Positions 59,701 to 64,000 of a stretch of 64,000 nucleotides of DNA are shown here, in pieces; position 1 is the stretch's first letter; the number at the start of each line of letters is the position of its first letter. Source of the stretch: Macrostomum lignano (lineage: Eukaryota); the NCBI GenBank assembly GCA_002269645.1, contig NIVC01000345.1:77485-141484 (forward strand), written 5' to 3'. Made by a program: the position numbers and the translations under genes. The notes below the pieces were generated by a model. That model was not told where the DNA came from. It saw only the letters and a list, made by a program, of their open reading frames with translations, and searched no databases.

Positions 59701-62700
59701 CGTACTCAAAAACACCCGCGTTCAGCGACTGCACGACCTCAGTGACTCTTCGTCGCAACGCCACCAAGGTAAAGAAAACGCGAAGCGTCGTCAAAGCGCT
59801 GAGTTTCCACGCCGCCAACGATCGCGGCTCGATGGCTCGTCTGGGCGACGATTCACCGGGCCTGGACCCCGACGATGAGTCCTCGCTGATGCTCCGCTCT
59901 CCGACAACGGAGGTGCAGGGCTCGGCCTTGTCTAGCGCTGCAGCTGGCGCGGGTCCATTCTTAGATCTGGCGGCCAGCACCAGTGGCGGAGTAAAAGAGG
60001 TTTCCACTGCGCAGTACTTAGCGATCTATAGTTTAACCAGCTATTCGTTTATCTCAAATTTAGTTAATTTTTTAATTTGTGTTTTTGTCTCCTCGTCAGA
60101 AGCGCTCAAAGTGTTTAATACTGCCGCATAGTTCCGTCCAGTCATCGTTGTGTTGCACACCTCAAATGTTTTAATATAGCTCGTGTCCTTAAACAGCTCA
60201 ATCAATCTATTAAAAATTAGAATCCCTCTCATGAGACGGCATAAATTTGGAGCACTGACCCATAGTTTTAGCGCCTTAAGCTAGTACCAAGGCCTAGTCA
60301 AGTAGAAGGATGAAAAAACGCTTCTTGGAAAGTTTTAAGAGGCCGGTTTTACCGAAACAATACAAGGCTGAGATAGTAGGTTTTTATTTTTCCAGCACAA
60401 AAATTGTTATTGCTTTTGATAGGAGGCAGACCCAGTGGTTATCTTTTGATGTAACTTAGCTATCTTACTTATTTATAGCTCTGGTGATATTCATACAGAA
60501 TTTCGTTTAGAAAATTGAGAGTTTATTTAAACTTTATATCTTACGTACAGGTCCTATGCCGAAAATAATAAGATTTCCCCAACTTGACTGATTATTGGTT
60601 TCATTAATCTTTGCTTCCATTCTGTTGCACATTTTGTTACACAGTCATTAAGCTAAGAATGATAAAATAGATTCCTGAATCCATTTTTGGCACAGATGAT
60701 GTACAATTGTACATAAAATAAAATATTAACATCGAATCCTACTTTTATAGACGAAAAGCTTTACGAATATCCCCAGAACTATAAGAAAGGCAAGACATCA
60801 TTGGTTCTGCCCCTGATCAAAAGCCACGTAGATTTTGTTCTAAAACCTCCTATCTCCGAAATGTATTTTTCGGCAAATCCTGCCTCCTAAAATTTCCCAA
60901 GAAACGTACTTTCCCGTTCTTCGAATTGACTAATCCTTGGCTAGTACTCGTACTAATTTACAGCATTCTATTTTTGGCCTAAGCGTTTGCGATTATCTGT
61001 CGTCATAGCCAACTAGTTTTGATGCCACATGTGCCATTCCGGATTTACATTTTTGTGGGAGATTTTTTCATCTGGGATGTGGCTGACTCTTCTACCGAAG
61101 GGGAACGATATTGAACTCTCACTTTGAAAGCGTCGTATTAAAACTTCTCTAGACTATAGGCGGGTTGTTGACAGCTTTTTAGCTTACAGCTATCGTATGA
61201 GCATAAACCCTCGTAGTCTATAAGCGAAAAAATACAGCCCTGACAGTGAGTGGCCTGGTTAAAAAAAGTACTTCACTCTGGTAGCTAGCGCTGACTCATT
61301 GCTGGCTGAGAGAAGAATTGAATAGCGAAGGGTATTATACGGCGGAGGAAGGAGAGGGGTTTGGCTATTCAGCCTTTGAGAGTGACTGAATGGGCTGACT
61401 GAACAGCAAAAAAGCCCCAAAGTCAATTACCATGCACCCTCGTACCTTGCACAGCGACTGCAAGCCTCTGAATGTCTTCACCACAATACACACCCTACAA
61501 CTAGTGCACCGCTTTGACTGACTCTTGGGCGCTACAGAGAACAAAGTCTAATCCTTCACATATTATCTTTTTTAATAATAAGTTATTAATGCACAACCTC
61601 TCATGAACAGATAATTGAATACAAATCGTTTTTTTGTTATTCATCGCTTCCCAATCCCAAGGCTTAGCTTTGCCGCCAGCGTATATTTTGGATACACTCA
61701 ACTGTCGGACCGAAACTTTAATTTTGTCCACGGCGCAAAGTCTTAAACTATTCATTGTACCTACTCCTGCCCATCAAAGTTAGATTGAGATCAAAGCAGA
61801 CATAACTGAATTAATCGACTGTTTGAAAAAATTAGTTTGTCCCGTAAAACATTCCGCGACGTTGATAGACGTGGCTGGGAAATTGGTACTTTTGCATTAG
61901 GCCGCAGGATGACGATGTTATACGTCGATCGAGCGTCGGTGTAATTTAAAGGTACCTATTTGCCAGTGACATACATCAACGTCGGATTGCTGTACGGGTA
62001 TAATAGATAATCAACGACTGTGATTCAATAGAATAGCTCGTATATCTGGGATGTCGGGATATTAGAAGTTTCTTTAAAGTTATCCGTACCGGATGGAATC
62101 TAGATCTGTCTTTGTAATTACTTTTCGTCCGAGTTCGTATTAAACGGTGATCCCAAATTTTTTGCGTTGTCTTTTTGGAGCCTAGTTTTTTTTAAATAAG
62201 CGTTAATCGCACTATTACTAAAACAACTTTACAGCAAGCTGGTCGCGCCGGAGACACTCTCAGATCGGGCGGTTCCAACATCCAGAGCACCCAGTTCGAA
62301 GTGCCTCGCCTCTTCACTATTCCGTGCGACGGCGAAGAGCACAAGGTGACCATCGCCATTATCGACCTGTGCCCCACATTCGAGTACGAGTCTGTGCCGC
62401 AGAGGGCTCCGTATGCCTACTTGAAAGCTGCCGTTACTAACACGTCTAACTATGCTCTGCTGGCTGGACCTACAAACATCTATGTGGATAACAATTTCAT
62501 CGGAAAGGTGAGAGTCGAAGCATATTTAGTGCCGATTCTAGTAAAACAATTTAACAAAACTGTGCAACAACTATGGAATAATGTAGATTTTCTTTTCATA
62601 GTAACCATTTGAAGAACATTTTATACATGTAAGCCCATCTACGGAAGCTCCTTATTTTCTCTACGCCGGTTGGAACCCCGGCGTCTGAATAAATTTAACG

Positions 62701-63530
62701 GCTGAATAAATTTAACGATAAAAAGAGGTGGGGTCAAGTATCTTGATTGTCTATGGACCGATAGCAGGGCCGCTTAGTACGGAAATATTGAATCAATAGA
62801 AGACATCCGTTGTTTCATAATAATTCGATATCTATATAGTTAAGTCGTTCCTGACGCAAAGCTTAATTTACAGACTGGGATGAATTTTTTGCGTCGGTAT
62901 AATGATCGAAAGCAATTGTAGCTTGGATGTGAAAAATATAGTACACCGCATCGTTATTTACATGCAATATCATCAATTATATTATCGCGTGGTAGTAGTA
63001 CGTAATGGATAATCCATGCTGCAAACATGTATCTGATATACTGTATAAATCACTAAGTGAACTAATTAAATCCATTTATACCTCCGTGCAATTCAGTCGG
63101 AGCTAAAGGCCGCCGCCCCATCTGAGGAGTTCCACTGCCACCTGGGCGCCGATCACGGCATCAAAATGAGTTACAAGCCAATGTTCAAGAAGCGCGAAGG
63201 TGGCCAGTCCAAGACGGCGCTGTTCTCGCACAAGCAGGTGATCGAATTGCGCAACACTCACCAGAAGCCAATCCGAGTTCAGGTCATCGAGCCGGTGCCT
63301 CGCCCTATCGAGGACAAGATCAAGGTTAGACCAGTAGTCATTCTAGTTAGAATTAAAGCAATTAACAGTGTAAGACCACGGGTGCTATCGATGCTAAACA
63401 CTGATCAACAAACATTCTCAGGTGAACATCGTTGAGCCGCCTAAATTGAACTCGGAAAAGTACGACAAGCAGAAACCGATTCGGCTGAGCAAGTCACACT
63501 GCGTCGAATGGGACGTCGATTTGGATGCTG
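53784..63530 (+). CDS. F37C4.5-like protein (DUF4140 N-terminal + coiled coil + DUF4139 C-terminal); last exon not found in the window
   Basis: Exons 53784-54007, 54889-55177, 55771-56009, 57225-57354, 57591-57733, 59075-59252 (or 59726-59999), 62235-62507, 63097-63324, 63422-63530 join in frame. Motifs: VYLDRAEV...GLTPAIDKDSIRVE, SYVVSRARWSPKYDIRV, QQNTGEDWENAQISLSTS, TIPCDGEEHKVTI, YALLAGPTNIYVDNNFIGK, HLGADHGIK. Confidence 0.88.
54085..54595. repeat. 20-bp minisatellite (AATGGTCCATCAATGTTTCA)n, gene 3 intron 1
   Basis: Period 20 (54421, 54441, 54461). Confidence 0.93.
55205..55680. repeat. 23-bp minisatellite organised as 69-bp trimers, gene 3 intron 2
   Basis: Monomer starts at 55389, 55412, 55435 cycle GGGACTAAAA / GGGACTGAAA / AAGACTAAAA. 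Confidence 0.88.
59726..59999 (+). CDS. Candidate alternative exon 6b of the DUF4139 gene
   Basis: GC-rich, stop-free block in AT-rich intron. Acceptor gttcag|c at 59725, donor gag|gtttcc at 60000 (alternative gag|gtgcag at 59913). Same phase-2-in/phase-0-out as exon 59075-59252. Confidence 0.55.
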
Positions 63531-64000
63531 GTAAGCGAGGTTTTTAGAGAAAAATCCTTTGCTTACTGGAGATAATATTTCATATTGTCATGCAAAAACT
63601 ACGTAATATTCTTTCTGAGTTAGCTTTACCAAAGCTCCATGCTCTACACCAGATCGTCAGGCCAAAAAGTACTAAATAATGTCGATATGAAATAGTCCGA
63701 TTTATTTTACCAAGTTGCACGTTTCTGTCAAATCTAGCGGAATTCTTCAGCTGAAGACAACAAAATTATGCAGAATGGATAAATTTAATTTCCCTTCTTA
63801 GGATACTTTTCAGGCTATTTAGAATAATTATTATTACCAGATACAATTAATCACGGCTTCTATTCAGCGAATAACTTTTTGTTCATTATGACCAACGTAT
63901 AGCTTAGATGCTGTACTTGTACGGGTTTCATATACATATATACATGTATGTATAAGTAAAAAATATTAAAAATGGTTATGCTATGATGATTAAATTTCAC

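Overview
Eukaryotic (metazoan) genomic DNA with three intron-containing genes, all on the + strand. (1) The 3' end of an Ala/Glu/Arg-rich coiled-coil gene, KIAA2012-like at its C-terminal motif (exons 129-276, 731-1878, 3433-3580). (2) A complete 15-exon CAPS/CADPS/unc-31 gene (10750-41414) with two single-base frameshifts. (3) Most of an F37C4.5-like DUF4140/DUF4139 gene (53784 to beyond 63530), apparently with a pair of mutually exclusive exons. The dominant non-coding feature is about 28 mostly unrelated tandem arrays. About 20 of them have 19-26 bp units (mode 21). They occupy 13 of the 14 CAPS introns, often starting tens of bases from a splice site, and four share a GGCGCCAA core. Mobile elements include an intact non-autonomous LTR element (TRIM-like, 8214-9914: near-identical LTRs, tRNA-Lys PBS, PPT, 5-bp TSD), a hAT-type MITE with 8-bp TSD, a tRNA/CORE-type SINE, a decayed RTE LINE and several foldback elements. 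The style (GC-rich exons, minisatellite-filled introns) resembles Macrostomum-type flatworm assemblies; this is an inference and cannot be verified here. Exon boundaries were derived by hand from GT/AG sites and frame continuity. Array boundaries are approximate. There is no CRISPR array, rRNA or true tRNA gene.
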